Shown: positions 26,790 through 38,834 of the stretch, piece after piece
Numbering within the stretch: position 1 is the stretch's first letter
Layout: each line of letters opens with the position of its first letter
Assembly (NCBI GenBank): GCA_025558095.1
Contig: JAIVFI010000024.1
Location: 310,001 to 374,000 of the forward strand
Reading direction: 5' to 3'
Length of the DNA: 64,000 bases
DNA from: Hyaloraphidium curvatum SAG 235-1
Taxonomy: Eukaryota; Fungi; Monoblepharomycota
Notes under the pieces: generated by a model
What the model saw: only the letters and a program-made list of their open reading frames with translations
What the model was told of the DNA's origin: nothing
Databases searched by the model: none
Made by a program: the position numbers and the translations under genes

Positions 26790-28250
26790 TTATTGACAGC
26801 ACGCAGTGCCTCCGACCGCGTCCAAAGCTTCAAAAAGTGCAGTGATCGCCGTTCTCCCCTTGGCTCGCAATGTTGCGTCCGCCTTGCTCCGGCTCTTTCT
26901 TCCGGTTCCGTGCCACTCTATCGCAAACTCGATTCCGCTCACGCCCTCCAGGGGCATCACTGCCTCAAGCGGGCTCACAGACCACAATGTCGTGATTTCA
27001 ATGAGCTCCGCTGTTTCCCGCACTGGCTCCAGAAAGACGCCCTTCAGAACTTCAAGATCGCACTTGGAGTCGCGCAAAATCAGCTTAGACACGGCCACCG
27101 TGTCCCTGGACTGGCCATTCAGCAATCTCAGTGCTTCAGCGACTTTTCTGTCGCTCTCTTCCGCCGGGAACGACACGGGGATCAGAGGCGAGTATTGCAG
27201 CGCGACGAGCCTGGCATTCGCCGGCCCCAAGGAGCGAAAGAACCGCGAGAGCGCATCTCCCAGTGACGGGATGTCAGTAGGCACGCGCTTGAGGGAGGAT
27301 CGGTACCGCCAAAGGTCGTGGATGTGCAAGGAAATGTTGGTCCTCATCGGCAGCGAAGACAGGGAAAGAAGGCCCAGGGCAACTGCGAGATCCGCATCGT
27401 CCTCCGTTGGAGGGGCACCCGGAACTTGGGACACCGGGCAAAACTCCCAAAAGTCAAGCTCAATGTGCCTAAGCCCCGGGCACGAGGTCGCGAGAGCGAG
27501 AGGATCAAGGAACCCCATTCCAGGGGCCAGCACAGAAAGCGAGGGGCAGCCGCGGCGCAGCTTGCGAAGGTCCTCGGCATCAAGATAGGATCGACTGTGT
27601 ACTTCCGTAGCAAGGTGCGTGTCCATATTGTACTTCAAAGTGCTCAGCGACGGAAACGCCCCGGATGCGCAAACTTCGGCGAGCTCCCCCGGCAAGACCC
27701 GTGAGTCCAGGATCACAAGCGTCGTCAGTGCGGGACATATGGATGCAAAGCGTGAGAAAGGGAAGCTGGCGGAGAACAGCTCGGGGCAATTGCTGATGTC
27801 GACCTTGTTCAGAGCCGGAGACGACAGCCATCGCGTCAGATAGCCTTCGACTTCTTTCGCTTTCAGCCCGCCCTGTCCATCCTGCCCATCCTTGGAGCTG
27901 GAGAAACCGACGGATCCAGACAAGTTGATGCTCTCCAGGCGGGATAGGCGCGACAACAGCAGATCGAAGAAGGCAATCGCAAGGGGGGAGGTACAGCAGC
28001 CGCCGGCCTCCACAATGGCGATCCACGACGGGTAGTCGAACGTCCGGTGGGCGTCGGTACCGAGAGTCCGGACCAGCCGCCATGCGTCCGGTCTCGCGAG
28101 GACCACGCGACGGTACAACAGGGGCAGTGCTGTCCGGGCAAACTGCGAGCAGGTGCAGGCCAGGGAATACACATCTCTCGGTGATAATCTGCCGATCGAG
28201 ACGATCTTCTCGACGAGTTCGATTGGCAAGGGACCGGCAGAGTCGTCCAT
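26790..28250 (-). CDS. F-box / leucine-rich-repeat protein, intronless
   Basis: LPIELVEKIV...LACTCSQF...LPLLYRRVVL F-box signature, followed by LxxLxL/CPxL repeats. Confidence 0.8.
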   Translation of the reverse strand: MDDSAGPLPIELVEKIVSIGRLSPRDVYSLACTCSQFARTALPLLYRRVVLARPDAWRLVRTLGTDAHRTFDYPSWIAIVEAGGCCTSPLAIAFFDLLLSRLSRLESINLSGSVGFSSSKDGQDGQGGLKAKEVEGYLTRWLSSPALNKVDISNCPELFSASFPFSRFASICPALTTLVILDSRVLPGELAEVCASGAFPSLSTLKYNMDTHLATEVHSRSYLDAEDLRKLRRGCPSLSVLAPGMGFLDPLALATSCPGLRHIELDFWEFCPVSQVPGAPPTEDDADLAVALGLLSLSSLPMRTNISLHIHDLWRYRSSLKRVPTDIPSLGDALSRFFRSLGPANARLVALQYSPLIPVSFPAEESDRKVAEALRLLNGQSRDTVAVSKLILRDSKCDLEVLKGVFLEPVRETAELIEITTLWSVSPLEAVMPLEGVSGIEFAIEWHGTGRKSRSKADATLRAKGRTAITALFEALDAVGGTACCQ

Positions 28251-28337
28251 AGATGTGCTGCGTGCTGCGGCGCCGCAACATATAGCCGCGGCGCGTCCCA
28301 ATGTTTACGCCGCACATCCTATACATAGCTCGGGGCG

Positions 28338-28907
28338 ATGATGCTTTCGCGGCGCCTCGACCGGCGCGTCGTGCGGCTGCTGGCATCCCGCATCGCGCCG
28401 AGCACGCGAACCCGCCCTGCCGGGCGTGGAGCGGCGACGAACGCGTCGAACCCGGCCGATGCCGGAGCCACGGACGATGCGCCCTCCTCGGCGGACATTC
28501 CCGAGCCGGAGCCGCGCTACACGAATTTCTTCGGACCGCGCATTGATCTACCATTCTTCATCGGCGTCGGGCTCGCCTCCTACTTCCTCTTTCACGATCG
28601 GGCGCGCGGCGCTCGGGGCGAAGACACCTTCTTCGAGAAGCTCTCGCGCCAAAGGGACCGATGGGCGCGCCGAGGCCTGGAAATTCGGCTTCCTTACATT
28701 GGCGTGGTGCGCGTGATCAAGGGGACGGACGCGACGGTTGCCGCTGCAGCTCCGCCGGAGGTGGTTGCGGCGGCCGTCGAGGAACAGCCGGCTCCAAAAC
28801 CCAAAGTTACCGTCGCGGACGTCGAAGTGGATCCGAAAGAGATCGAATCTATACTCAAGGCCATGAGCGACGCTATACAGGACCCTCAGCAGACGAACCG
28901 TCGGTGA
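28338..28907 (+). CDS. Hypothetical single-TM protein, possible mitochondrial presequence
   Basis: Arg-rich, acid-poor N-terminus; one hydrophobic helix (LPFFIGVGLASYFLF); head-to-head with the F-box gene. Confidence 0.55.
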   Translation: MMLSRRLDRRVVRLLASRIAPSTRTRPAGRGAATNASNPADAGATDDAPSSADIPEPEPRYTNFFGPRIDLPFFIGVGLASYFLFHDRARGARGEDTFFEKLSRQRDRWARRGLEIRLPYIGVVRVIKGTDATVAAAAPPEVVAAAVEEQPAPKPKVTVADVEVDPKEIESILKAMSDAIQDPQQTNRR

Positions 28908-29051
28908 CGGTCGTGGGCGGCAGTCTTATTAGCATACGTAGGTGACCGTCCTGGGTGACAGACTGGACTGGCATTGGTGCTAGCTCGCGGGTTACATGCT
29001 CGGCGTATGTTGCGATCTGCTGGGAGGCGCTTCGAGGCGCTGGATCCTCAA

Positions 29052-30365
29052 TCAGACCCTTTCCGTCCTGAGGACGTCGGTCGAATCGGAAAGGAAATCA
29101 AAGCTGCCCCTGCCGCCTTCTTCGGGCCCCTTCCCCGCAACCGATTCGGGACCGACTTTCCGGATCGCCTGTCGATCTGCCCATCGCCCAGGCTCGGCAG
29201 CGTCGGCAGGAACCAGCTCTGCTGTGGAGACAGAAGTCGTGGCTCTGGGCACGGCCAGGATTCGGACCGTGCCCGGGTAGAGGAACGGTATCAGGGAGAG
29301 GAGCTCTGTGTTTGGGATGCGTCAGCTTCGCCGGTCAGTGATGGTGTAAGCGGACATCGGCCCCACCCGGAAGGATGGACAAGCAATACCACGCCGCTTC
29401 CGAGTTCACTGGTGCAAATGGAGAGTATAGCATGGCCGCAACCCCGTCTAGGTCCGGAACGGCGGGTTTCAGTGTTTCGGGGCAGAAAGGGCATCGAGGA
29501 CACGCACAGGCGAACTTCAGCATGAAGAGGGAGCCGCAGCACGTGACAAGCAGCAAAGCCTGCTGGCGCCGCTCGAGTGCGCCTTCGTCGAGCCCGCAAG
29601 AATCCGCGTGCTTCCGCAGGTACCACAGGGCGGCCAGTGCCGTGCTGACAAGCACGAGCGCAAGGAAGAGCAAGGCCGCCCCTGTGGCCACGCGCATATT
29701 GCGAGCGATGTCGGCCATGTACTGGTCTCTCGCCGTGAAAGAAAGCACGAGCCCCAGGACGCCGAATACCAGGAACGGTGCGTAGCCGACTACGGAAGCC
29801 TTGATGACCTTGGAGGTCGGCACCGTGAAGGCAGGCAGAGCCTTTGGCAGCAGCGAAAGAAGTAGCAGGTGAAACGTCAGGCCGGTATAGAGAAACGCAG
29901 GCACTATATTGAAGGAGGGCGTGAGTTGGCATGCACGATGGCCTTTGCATTGTTGTGTCAACGCACGGAGGACGTTGAAGACGTAGGTGACGTAGAGTCC
30001 CAGCGAGTAGGCGTAGATCAGGCAAATCCTGAAGATGAACGTGAACATGCGAACTGAGTGTGATGCTGGTTAGCGTGGACGGCTGGCCGAGCGCCGGCGG
30101 GCGACGGACCCCAGGCGAAGACGGCTCCGCTCATCATGGTGCGGCGCGCGTTTTCCTCCTTGCCCGTGACGTGAATGCGCCAGCTGAGCAGAGCTGCCAC
30201 CGCAGTAAACAGGATGAGGTAAAGGACGGCCGGCCCCAACGTGTAGGTGTGTGCGATGAACGGTGCGACATCTGGGAGGGGAACGAACGGCACCGCTGTC
30301 GCCGTGATGAACAGCGTGTCCGTTTCGGAGGCGGACGATTCGGTCGGCGTTGGCACGAGCGACAT
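29052..30365 (-). CDS. Multi-pass (about 7-TM) membrane protein, GPCR/RTA1-like topology
   Basis: Series of hydrophobic helices across ORFs 30018-30512 and 29335-30048, joined by introns; Ser/Thr-rich N-terminus; cytoplasmic tail ending ERV*. Confidence 0.6.
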
Positions 30366-30532
30366 GCTTTTCAGCGCGTGCAGCTGAAGGCCTTCGGGCC
30401 GCTGAAGCTGGCAGAACCCGTGAAGATTTGGCGGGGCTCGGGCCGGCAAAGTTTGGGCCCGCCATACGGAGTTTCGTCCCCAATGACCATGTACTGAAGC
30501 GGTGCAAAGCAAATCTACAACGAAACCTGACG

Positions 30533-33154
30533 TTACTGCTGCGGGTGCTTTCCCTGAACGACCATCAACTGGCCCGGCCCCAGCCCGTGCCCGATCAGCT
30601 CATCGCCCCACTGATCCAGAAGCCACTCGGACGTTCCGGGCGGAACCCCAGCGTCCGAGCCCGTGCGGTGCCGCAAAAAAGGAAGCCGCTTCCCACTGGA
30701 GCTTGCTCCGGGTTGAGCACCACCATACCGAGCGTTGCGGCCCAAAATGACGACGTCTCGCCGGGTCAGGCTCTCGATCTTTGGAACGAGCGCGGCGACA
30801 TTGGAAAAATCCTCCACGGTTGCTCCGCGCTGCGCGACTAGAAGAGAAATCGAGGCCTCATCATCCGCGCCGGCCTTGGCCTCCGTTTTGCGGACCCGCA
30901 AGATGAGCAACGCCGAGTCGCGATCCGACGCCAGCCTAGCGGCCACGGATGCCGCTTCCCTGTCGTCCAAGCCTCCGGCAAATACCAAGGCGATAGTCCT
31001 CCGTAGGGTAAGCTGGCCGCTCTGCGCATTGATGTCGGACCGCTTGACCGTAGCTGCTGTTCCCTGGCCACCGAGAGCAATCGAGCCATAGCCACGGTCG
31101 AGCGACACCAACCCCGGGCATGCGAAGCGGAGGGCTTCAAACACCTCGTCGCTGATGGTTTTGTTTCGCCTGAATTCGCTCGATGCGTCTGCGACGCTTC
31201 CCACGCTCGTCGAGTGGTCCAAACTCAGTACGACGAGGCCCACGTTCTTTTGCATTGCCTTGCCAGTGATTTCGGGCCCGTACGCGCCGTCCACAAACCC
31301 GAAGGATGCTTCGATGGGGATGCCGAGAAGGCTTGCAAAGCCGCCGAAGACGGCCAGAACGCCGTCACTCGCGATCGCGTTGTCTGAGTCCGCGAAATTG
31401 ACAGCAACCGAAACGGACGAGATGCGGTCGCTCAATTGCGACAGCCGGAGCGCATGAACAGTGGATCCGCTGCCGCGGGCCAGCGAGGCAGTCAACAGCA
31501 TGAGCCCGGGAAGCGTGCGCTCGTCGGTGAGGCACAGCAAGATGCTCTGGTTCGTGGAAAAGACAGCGCCCGGGATTGAGACTGCATCAACGGGTTCCAG
31601 GCCCTTGAATTGCTGTCGCAGCTCCAGACTTGGTGCCGCATCCTGCGTGCGCGAAGCACTGGAAGAATCCTCCGGCGCATGCAGTCCCAGGGCGTGCAAA
31701 TCAACTCCGTCGGCGTAAGTGTAGTACTTTGTGGGGTAAATGGCCATTATGATGGGAGCTCTGCGGATCGGCAGAGTCAATCCTCTGCAGTGGGCAGCTG
31801 TCACGGCGAGCTCACGTCATGAACGTCGTGACCAAAGCCATGATCACCATTATCGCAAAGATGGTTTCGTTGATGACACCCGCGGAAAGACCAACGTTGA
31901 GGACGATAAGCTCCACAAGCCCCTCTGGGTGGTTACTGGTGAGTGACTGCCAATCAACGGCGCCGAGGGAGACGCACTGGTGTTCATCAATATCCCGACC
32001 GCCCAGCTTTCGCGCCAGGTCAAACCCGAGAGTCGCGCCGCAAAGAGACAACCGAAGATCTTGCCAGCACAAGCGACGGCAATGACGAGGACGACATAAG
32101 CCCAAGCAAGAGCCGAGTTGAGCAAGCCAATGTTGGTGCGAATGCCACTGAGCGCAAAGTAAACGGGAAGGAAGATGAGCACAACAAAGTCCTCTATCTT
32201 CGCAGTCAGACGGAGTGCGAATCCGCTCTCGTGGGGCGTTGCGAGCCCCATAATGAAAGCCCCGAAGATGGCGTGCACGCCGATCATCTCTGTCATGAAG
32301 CTCGAGAAGATGACGAGAGCAAAGATGGCAAAGACGAGGGCCTCGTTGACCGCCGAGCCCGGTCCCTTTGTCTCGGCCCAGCGGACGGCCATGAGAAGCA
32401 GGGGCTTGAGCCCGAGAACAAGCAGGAGCGTCCATCCGACCGTGCAGAGGAAGGTATAGAGAGCGTAGAGGAGGTTTGAGGCTTGCGCAATTGCCACCGT
32501 CAGAGCAAGGAGGCACCAGGCCGTCGCATCGTCAACTGCTGCGGCCGAAATCACGGCCACGCCAACTTTGGTAGGGAAGAGCTTCCTCTCCGCCAGGATA
32601 CGAGCGAGAACGGGGAACGCAGTGATGGCCATCGCGACTCCGAGAAAGAGGAGGAAGCTGCCGAACGAGGGCACGTTTTGGGCCCCCGGAACGTCCATGT
32701 ACTGCCGGTAAAGAGCCCAACTGACGGCGGCACCCAGGGCAAATGGAACAATCATGCCCGCGATGCTCGTGCCCAGGGCTCGGCGGGCGTTCTTGCGGAG
32801 GACCGCGGGGTTCAGCTCGAGGCCAACCAAGAAAAGGTAGAAGCACAGGCCGAGCCCGGCAAAGGTCCTGAGCGATGGCAGAGACTGCGGAGGGAAAATC
32901 GTGGTGGTAAAGCCAGGAATGCGTCCGAGGGCCGAGGGGCCGAGCAAGATGCCCGACACCACCTCGGCGATGACCCGCGGCTGCTTGATGAACTGGAATC
33001 CCAGTCCGAGTGCCCGCGCCAGCAGGAGGATGATGAGGAGCTGCACGAGGAAGAGCGCGAAGGGCTGCTGTGTGGCGTCGATTGGAGAGGTCCCGTCCCA
33101 GACATTGCCCCGCGCAAAGAGCCTGCCGCCGGGGGGTTCCAGCGGGGAGGACAT
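30533..33154 (-). CDS. KHA1: CPA2-family K+/H+ antiporter (Kha1/CHX-like)
   Basis: [78 protein letters not shown]. Confidence 0.9.
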
Positions 33155-33593
33155 GGCGGAGCGTCCGCCCAAGGGCCGTTACAGCCTCTTCCCGCAGCCG
33201 TTTGCCGGGTCAACAGAACTTGGAGACCGAGCAGCAGCGCCTGCCGGGGTCAGAGGAGCTCGGAGATAGACTGCTAAACGGCGGACCGCCGGGCCCGAGA
33301 GTCCGGGTCCAACGCGGGCACCAGCCCTGCCGACTTGGCGTTGCGTATGCACATGCATCGTACGAATGCATGTAAAGTGCGAGCAATGAATAATTGTGGG
33401 GTATGAGGCCGGGTGAGCTGCGATTCGGGCTTCCGAGTCTCCGACGATTTTTCACTAGACGATGCGGATAGTCAGAGGGGGAACAGGGGGCTGGAGAACT
33501 TGACGGCAAACGCGATGGTGCGATCACCTGCGGAGCAAATCTGGTCTGCACGGCCGGGAGAGGTCCAGCTCAAATAAACGCTGCGTCTTTGCC

Positions 33594-34058
33594 ATGGGCG
33601 CCGGAGACCAGCACCACCACGAGGGTCCCGATGACACGCCGGAGCGGTGAGGACGCGCCGAAGTTGCGCATCCGACCGCGCTGACAATTCCGGACAGGTT
33701 CCCGGACCTGAAGTTCGTGGAGCCTGCTGAGCTCGCTGCGTGGCTCAAGAAGAAGGACGGCAAGCTGAGGGTGGTCGACGTTCGGGCAGACGAGTACTCC
33801 GAAAAGCACATCGTCGGGGCCGTCCACATCCCGAGCGACGAGATCCAGAACGATCCTTCACCGGCCGTTGAACAGCTGAAATCGGAGCAGACTCTCGTCT
33901 TCCACTGCGGTTTCAGCCGGAACAGGGGCCCGAAAGCGGCGAAAAAGGTTCGGGACGCTTTGAAGGCGGCGGGGATCAACGGACCCGAAATCTACGTTTT
34001 GAAGGGGGGCTGGGACGCGTTCGAAAAGCAGTTCGGCTCGGGAGAGCTCGTGGAATAA
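33594..34058 (+). CDS. Cdc25-like rhodanese-fold phosphatase / arsenate reductase (Ych1/Acr2 type)
   Basis: VVDVR..EY...HIVGA.HIPS and active-site VFHCGFSRNRGP, YVLKGGW. One intron after MGAGDQHHHEGPDDTPER. Confidence 0.85.
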
Positions 34059-34061
34059 CTA

Positions 34062-36290
34062 CTACTTGACATCGGTGCCGCCTTCGTCTGCATTCCCAAG
34101 AGCGGCTGCTGGGGATCCACCGCTTTCCCCGGCGGATACGTCTTCCTCCCGCTCTGGAGCCAGACCATTGCTCCGCCGTTCACGATACGGATGCTCATCT
34201 GCCGATCGCCGGCGTCTCGGCGTCGGCGTCGACTTCAGCAGCTCCTCGTGGCTGGCCGGAGGCCGATCAGTGAAAGACGTGCCAATGTCCGTCCCGCGGG
34301 GCGACACCAAGGGCGGTGCACCGTCCGCTTCCAACATAGTCCGAACGGTTCGCGGGTGCGTAACCTCGCCATCGAGCACCTCGCTCTTGACGCTGTTTGC
34401 GGGCGAGGTCCGCCCCTGTCCGCCGTTCACGAAGCTCACCGCCTCCGTTTCCCCAGGAGGAATGAGCAGAGAAGACTCGGACACATCGTGAGCCAATCCA
34501 GACGACGGCGCAAGCGCATCCGGCGCAGTTGCTCCCCGCTTCCGAACCAGGAAGGTGTCGGGCGTCATTGCCCGCCGGTCCGATGCCTGCAGCGCCGGGG
34601 AAATGCCGGTCGCTCCATACGCCCTCTTCTTGGTCGTCCTGACCAGGTACGGGCCCACAAGTGCCTGGATGCTCTTGAGCGACTTCCACGGTTTCCGCTT
34701 GGCGACCTGCCGGGTGTGGACGTCGACAAACTCGTCCGTCTCGTCGATGATCTCCTCCCCGATCAGCTCCTCCAGCACGTCCTCGAGCGTCACGATGCCA
34801 ATAATGTCGTCCGGGGGCGGTTGCAGACCCAAGTCGAGGCCCAGCGACGCTGAAGACTCCTGGGCCGAAACCACACGCGACGATCCCGAGCCGGACCTCG
34901 GTCGTGCCAGAAACGAGGGGTGCGGGGACTTTCCACCAGGAGCGAGGTCCGCAACGTTGTCTGCAACGAGAGCCATGTGACTGCGACCTTCTTGGAAAAG
35001 GTTCAAGGCGTCAAAGAGCTGTTTCAGAGACCAAGGAGCGTGAGCAAACCGCCGATGCAGATTCATCCACAGGACCCACGTTCGTATCGCCGGCAATGAT
35101 GGGCAAAAACATGAGCGGGAACTGCCGCACAGGACAGCAGTCGTGCGGGTCGTAGTCGATGAGGTTCTTGACCAGGAACATCGCCCGCACGTTCCTCTTG
35201 CTCCCCTCGTAAACCGGGATCCGCGAATGACCTTTCCTCCGGATCTCCCGGACCGCCTCGCGGTCGAGGATGCCGTCAATCGACAGCATGTAGACGTCTT
35301 CCATCGGCGTCATGACCTGGCGCACGGATTTGTTCGACAGGTCCAGCGTTGCACGAATGATGTTGACTTCGTCAGCCGAGAGCTCCCCGCCGCCGCGCCC
35401 GTCCTCGTGGAGGCCGATGAGGGCCTTGAGTTCGCCGCGCCGGTACACGGTCGCCCCTTTTTCGCCTTCGAGCGCCCAATCGAGTAGCTTCGACATGGGC
35501 CAGGCCAACGGGAAAAGGACAAACATCAGAAGGCGCACCAGAGGGGCGAAGAAGGCTGCGATGGGCAGTCCCCAGCGGTTGCAAACGGCTGACCGCGCAA
35601 ATAAGCATTCGCCAAAGTGGAGCAACAGGCCGGCTCGTACCGTTCGGGATGATTTCTCCGAAGCAGACGACTAGTGCGGTACTGATGAAGATGGCGAGGA
35701 AACCGCCCCCCAGGATGTCGTCGAGAAGGATCGGCAGCGATTCGTTGATGATGACGTTGGCGAGGAGGAGCGTGATGAGCAGCCAGTGCTCGTGCTTCCG
35801 TATTGGCGCGATCTTCGCCGCCCATTCGCGCTCCTGCTCAACGTCCGAGCGCTGCAGGACCTGCAGATTCAGCGGATCCAAAGTCATGAAAGCTGAGGAG
35901 TAGAAGAATGAGAACTGGGAACACGAACGCGCCGAACCTCCACCCCGGTCGGTCGACGGAAGGTACCCCATGGGCCTCCGTCCTTCCGCAACTCGAGCTC
36001 CCCATTCGGCATTGGGAAAACATACCAAGCGTCAGACCGGCCATGACACCGCCCGCGAGCACCAAGAACACCGAAAGCACGAGCCGCGTCCAGAACTGCG
36101 GCGACCCGAACTCGACCGAAGGCTGCGAGGGATCGCATTTCGGCAGCTTCGAGCCGCTGGCCGCGATTCCGTCCCCGGAGGAAGCGCCGCGGAACGCCAA
36201 GATCACGGCGGTGAGCACCGACACCGCGACCGGCAGGAGGGTGAGCCGGCGCAGGGCCACGATGCCGCCGATCCGGGTCGCGGGGTCCAT
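34062..36290 (-). CDS. CNNM/DUF21 + CBS-pair metal homeostasis protein (Mam3-like)
   Basis: LVLAGGVMAGLTL, HWLLITLLLAN, FGEIIP, VMTPMEDV, GHSRIPVY, FQEGRSHMA, GIVTLEDVLEELIGEEIIDETD. Confidence 0.92.
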
Positions 36291-36542
36291 CGCGAGGTCC
36301 TCTTTCCCGTGCCTCCCAGTCCGGAATCTGGCTTAGATGTCTCCCTCCGCGGAACCGCCGCAGGCGGAGGCGGTCTTCAGCCCCGCTGCCGGGCACCGGC
36401 GCGGCGTTATGTTTCAGGGTGGTTTCGATCAGTCCCCGCCCGGCGCCGCCGCCTCCCAGCACAGCGATGCGGAGCGGCAAAGCGCTTCGTCCCTTGCCGA
36501 CGATCTGAAGAACAAGATGCAAGATTGGAATGAATTCTTCTG

Positions 36543-38019
36543 CTAACCACATTCCGTCTCGGTGCCCTCCACGCCGCCCTCCGCCTCAGACGCCCCGCCT
36601 TCGTAGTCGACACCCCCTGGTCCGAGATCGTGCTGCACCCTCGCCCACCCGCCCTTCTTCCCCTTCCGATGCTGCTTCCGGTCGTTCTTCTGCGGTCCGG
36701 GAGCCGGCGCGGCGGGCTCGGCGCCGGCGGGGCGATCGCCGCCGTCCTCCTTCGCGGCGCGCTTCTGCCAAACGAGCTCCTTCTTCGGCCTGCTGGCCGG
36801 GGCCGCGTTCTCCGGTGGAATGTAGACCGGAGCCTGCGCGAGGCTCGGGTTCTTCAGCGACCGGAGCTTGTCCCTCGGTTCCAGTTCAGCCTCCCGCTCG
36901 GGCGCCTCCTCCTTCGAAGGAAAGTTGGTCGGTATCCCCTTGATCGGCCGCGGCTCGTCCGGCAGCTTCCCCGCCGAGATCGCCATCTTCTCCAGGTCCA
37001 GGTCAATCACCCTCACGCGCCTCTTCTCCTCCTCCCTGCGCTGCTCCTCCTTGAGCCGCAGCAGCGCGCGCTCCTTCTCCTGCTTCGTCGCCCAGCGGTC
37101 CCCGATCACGGACCGCGGGTCAAAGTCCGCCGCAGCGTCCTTGACCACGGTGCGCTGCGCCGACTCGCGCTGGAACCGCAGCATCTTGTCCCGGCCCTCC
37201 TCGGCGCGCTCTAGCGCCGTGCGGTCCCCGCGCATGCGGGCAGCGAGGAGCTCGAGCTGCTGATCGCGCGAGAGGACAGGGGTGCCGCAGGTGAAGCAGG
37301 GCCCGGGGCCCTCGCGGCCGCAGACGATGCGCCCGCACGTGAGGCAGTTTGTGAGCAGGGGGTGGACGGTGGCGAGGCACTTGCAGGGCCGTCGGTCGGC
37401 CTTGGGGGCCGGCTCGGCGGGTTTGCGGTTCTTGGAGAGGCGCGTTTTCGGTACCGCTTTCGGCTCTGGGGGTGGCGCGGCCTTGGGTGGCGGAGAAGGA
37501 GGGCGAGGCTGCGCGGCTTCCGGGGGCTTGGGTGTCGTCTTCTTTCTGGAGAAGAGGGTCCTCATTAGAACGCGAAGTAGCGCAATGGGAGGGAGACGGA
37601 ACCCACGGCCGAGCCGGAAACAGCTCCTCCTCGTTCTCGTTGCGGCGGTCGACGACCTTCACGCCCGGTATGTTGGTCCATTGCTGGATCTGCTCCTTCT
37701 CGGGGGCGGGACGCGGCTGCTGGTTCTTGGTTCGCTTCGCGTCCTGTTTTCCCGCCCGCTGCTTGGCCGGCACCGGCGCAGCGGGACGTGTTTCTCCCTT
37801 TCCCGGGGCCGCGAACCTCCGCCGTGCAAACTCGCGCGCAAAGTCCTTGGCGTCCAGTGAGTCCCCGAGGAACGAGGCTACCCAGTCCGAGACTTCCCCG
37901 GCAGACTGCAGGGACGCGAGAGACTGGGCGACCTCGGCCGCATCGGCCTCGGGGAAGCCGAGCAGGATCGAAATCCGCGAGACCGCAAAGTCGGCGAGCT
38001 CCGGCGGCAGCGGGCTCAT
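36543..38019 (-). CDS. ASC-1/TRIP4 (Rqt4)-like C2HC5 zinc-finger protein
   Basis: CKCLATVHPLLTNCLTCGRIVCGREGPGPCFTCG finger; N-terminal PWI-like helix; RTVVKDAAADF motif. Confidence 0.88.
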
Positions 38020-38107
38020 CGCGTCGGGTGGGCGGGAGCGGCCGCCGCGTCTCAAAAGCTGCCTCGACGTACGTACAACGGGCTCGAGCCCCGCGGAGGT
38101 CGAGCCG

Positions 38108-38677
38108 ATGCGCCCCACTGCGATGCGTTTCCTGATCCTGGCGGTGGTTGCCACGGTGTGGGCCGCGGCCCCCGCGGCGGCGTGTTCCTGCCTGAGGCCG
38201 CCCCCTCCGCGCGAATCTCTCAAGCAGTCTTCCGCCGTTTTCCTCGGCAAAGTCACCGCCCTGCACGACACCGGCCCAGACGGATTCCGCCTGACCGTCG
38301 ACATGGACGTTTCGCGCATCTGGAAGGGCGTGGACTCGCAGGTCGTCAAGGTCATGACCACGTCCAACTCTGCCGCATGCGGCGTCAACTTCGAGAAGGG
38401 CACGCGGTACCTCGTCTACGCAAACGCGCAGGACGACGGCCTTTGGGCAAATTTGTGCTCGCGCACCGCGCGGGAGAAGGACGCAGCGGATGACTTGAAG
38501 GAACTTGGGCCAGGCGCCCCGCCGGCCGGCGCGAAGCTGTCTTCCGAGGCACCGGCGCCCGCCCCGCGGTACTGGATCGTCGCGGGCGGGCTCCTTGTTG
38601 CCGCGGCCGCGTTCTACGCAGGCGACGCGGGGCCGTTGGGAGCTTTCCGCGCACGGCGGGAGAAGGCGCAGGGATGA
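38108..38677 (+). CDS. Secreted/membrane-anchored TIMP/NTR-like protein, bacterial type, intronless
   Basis: Signal peptide ending AAA|CSC, AVFLGKV, WKG, AACG.NF..G.RYLVYA, NLCSRT, C-terminal TM helix. Confidence 0.75.
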   Translation: MRPTAMRFLILAVVATVWAAAPAAACSCLRPPPPRESLKQSSAVFLGKVTALHDTGPDGFRLTVDMDVSRIWKGVDSQVVKVMTTSNSAACGVNFEKGTRYLVYANAQDDGLWANLCSRTAREKDAADDLKELGPGAPPAGAKLSSEAPAPAPRYWIVAGGLLVAAAAFYAGDAGPLGAFRARREKAQG

Positions 38678-38834
38678 ACCCCGCCCCGGAAGCCTGTTTG
38701 GAGACCCGCCAGCATTCTGTAGATAGCACTGAGTTGTACCTATGTGACGTGACATATGCGCGCGCCCCGTCGTTGTAGCGTTGCCAACTCGACAGCGGTG
38801 AGGCCGATACTCGCAGGGCGATTCTCCGCCGTCG

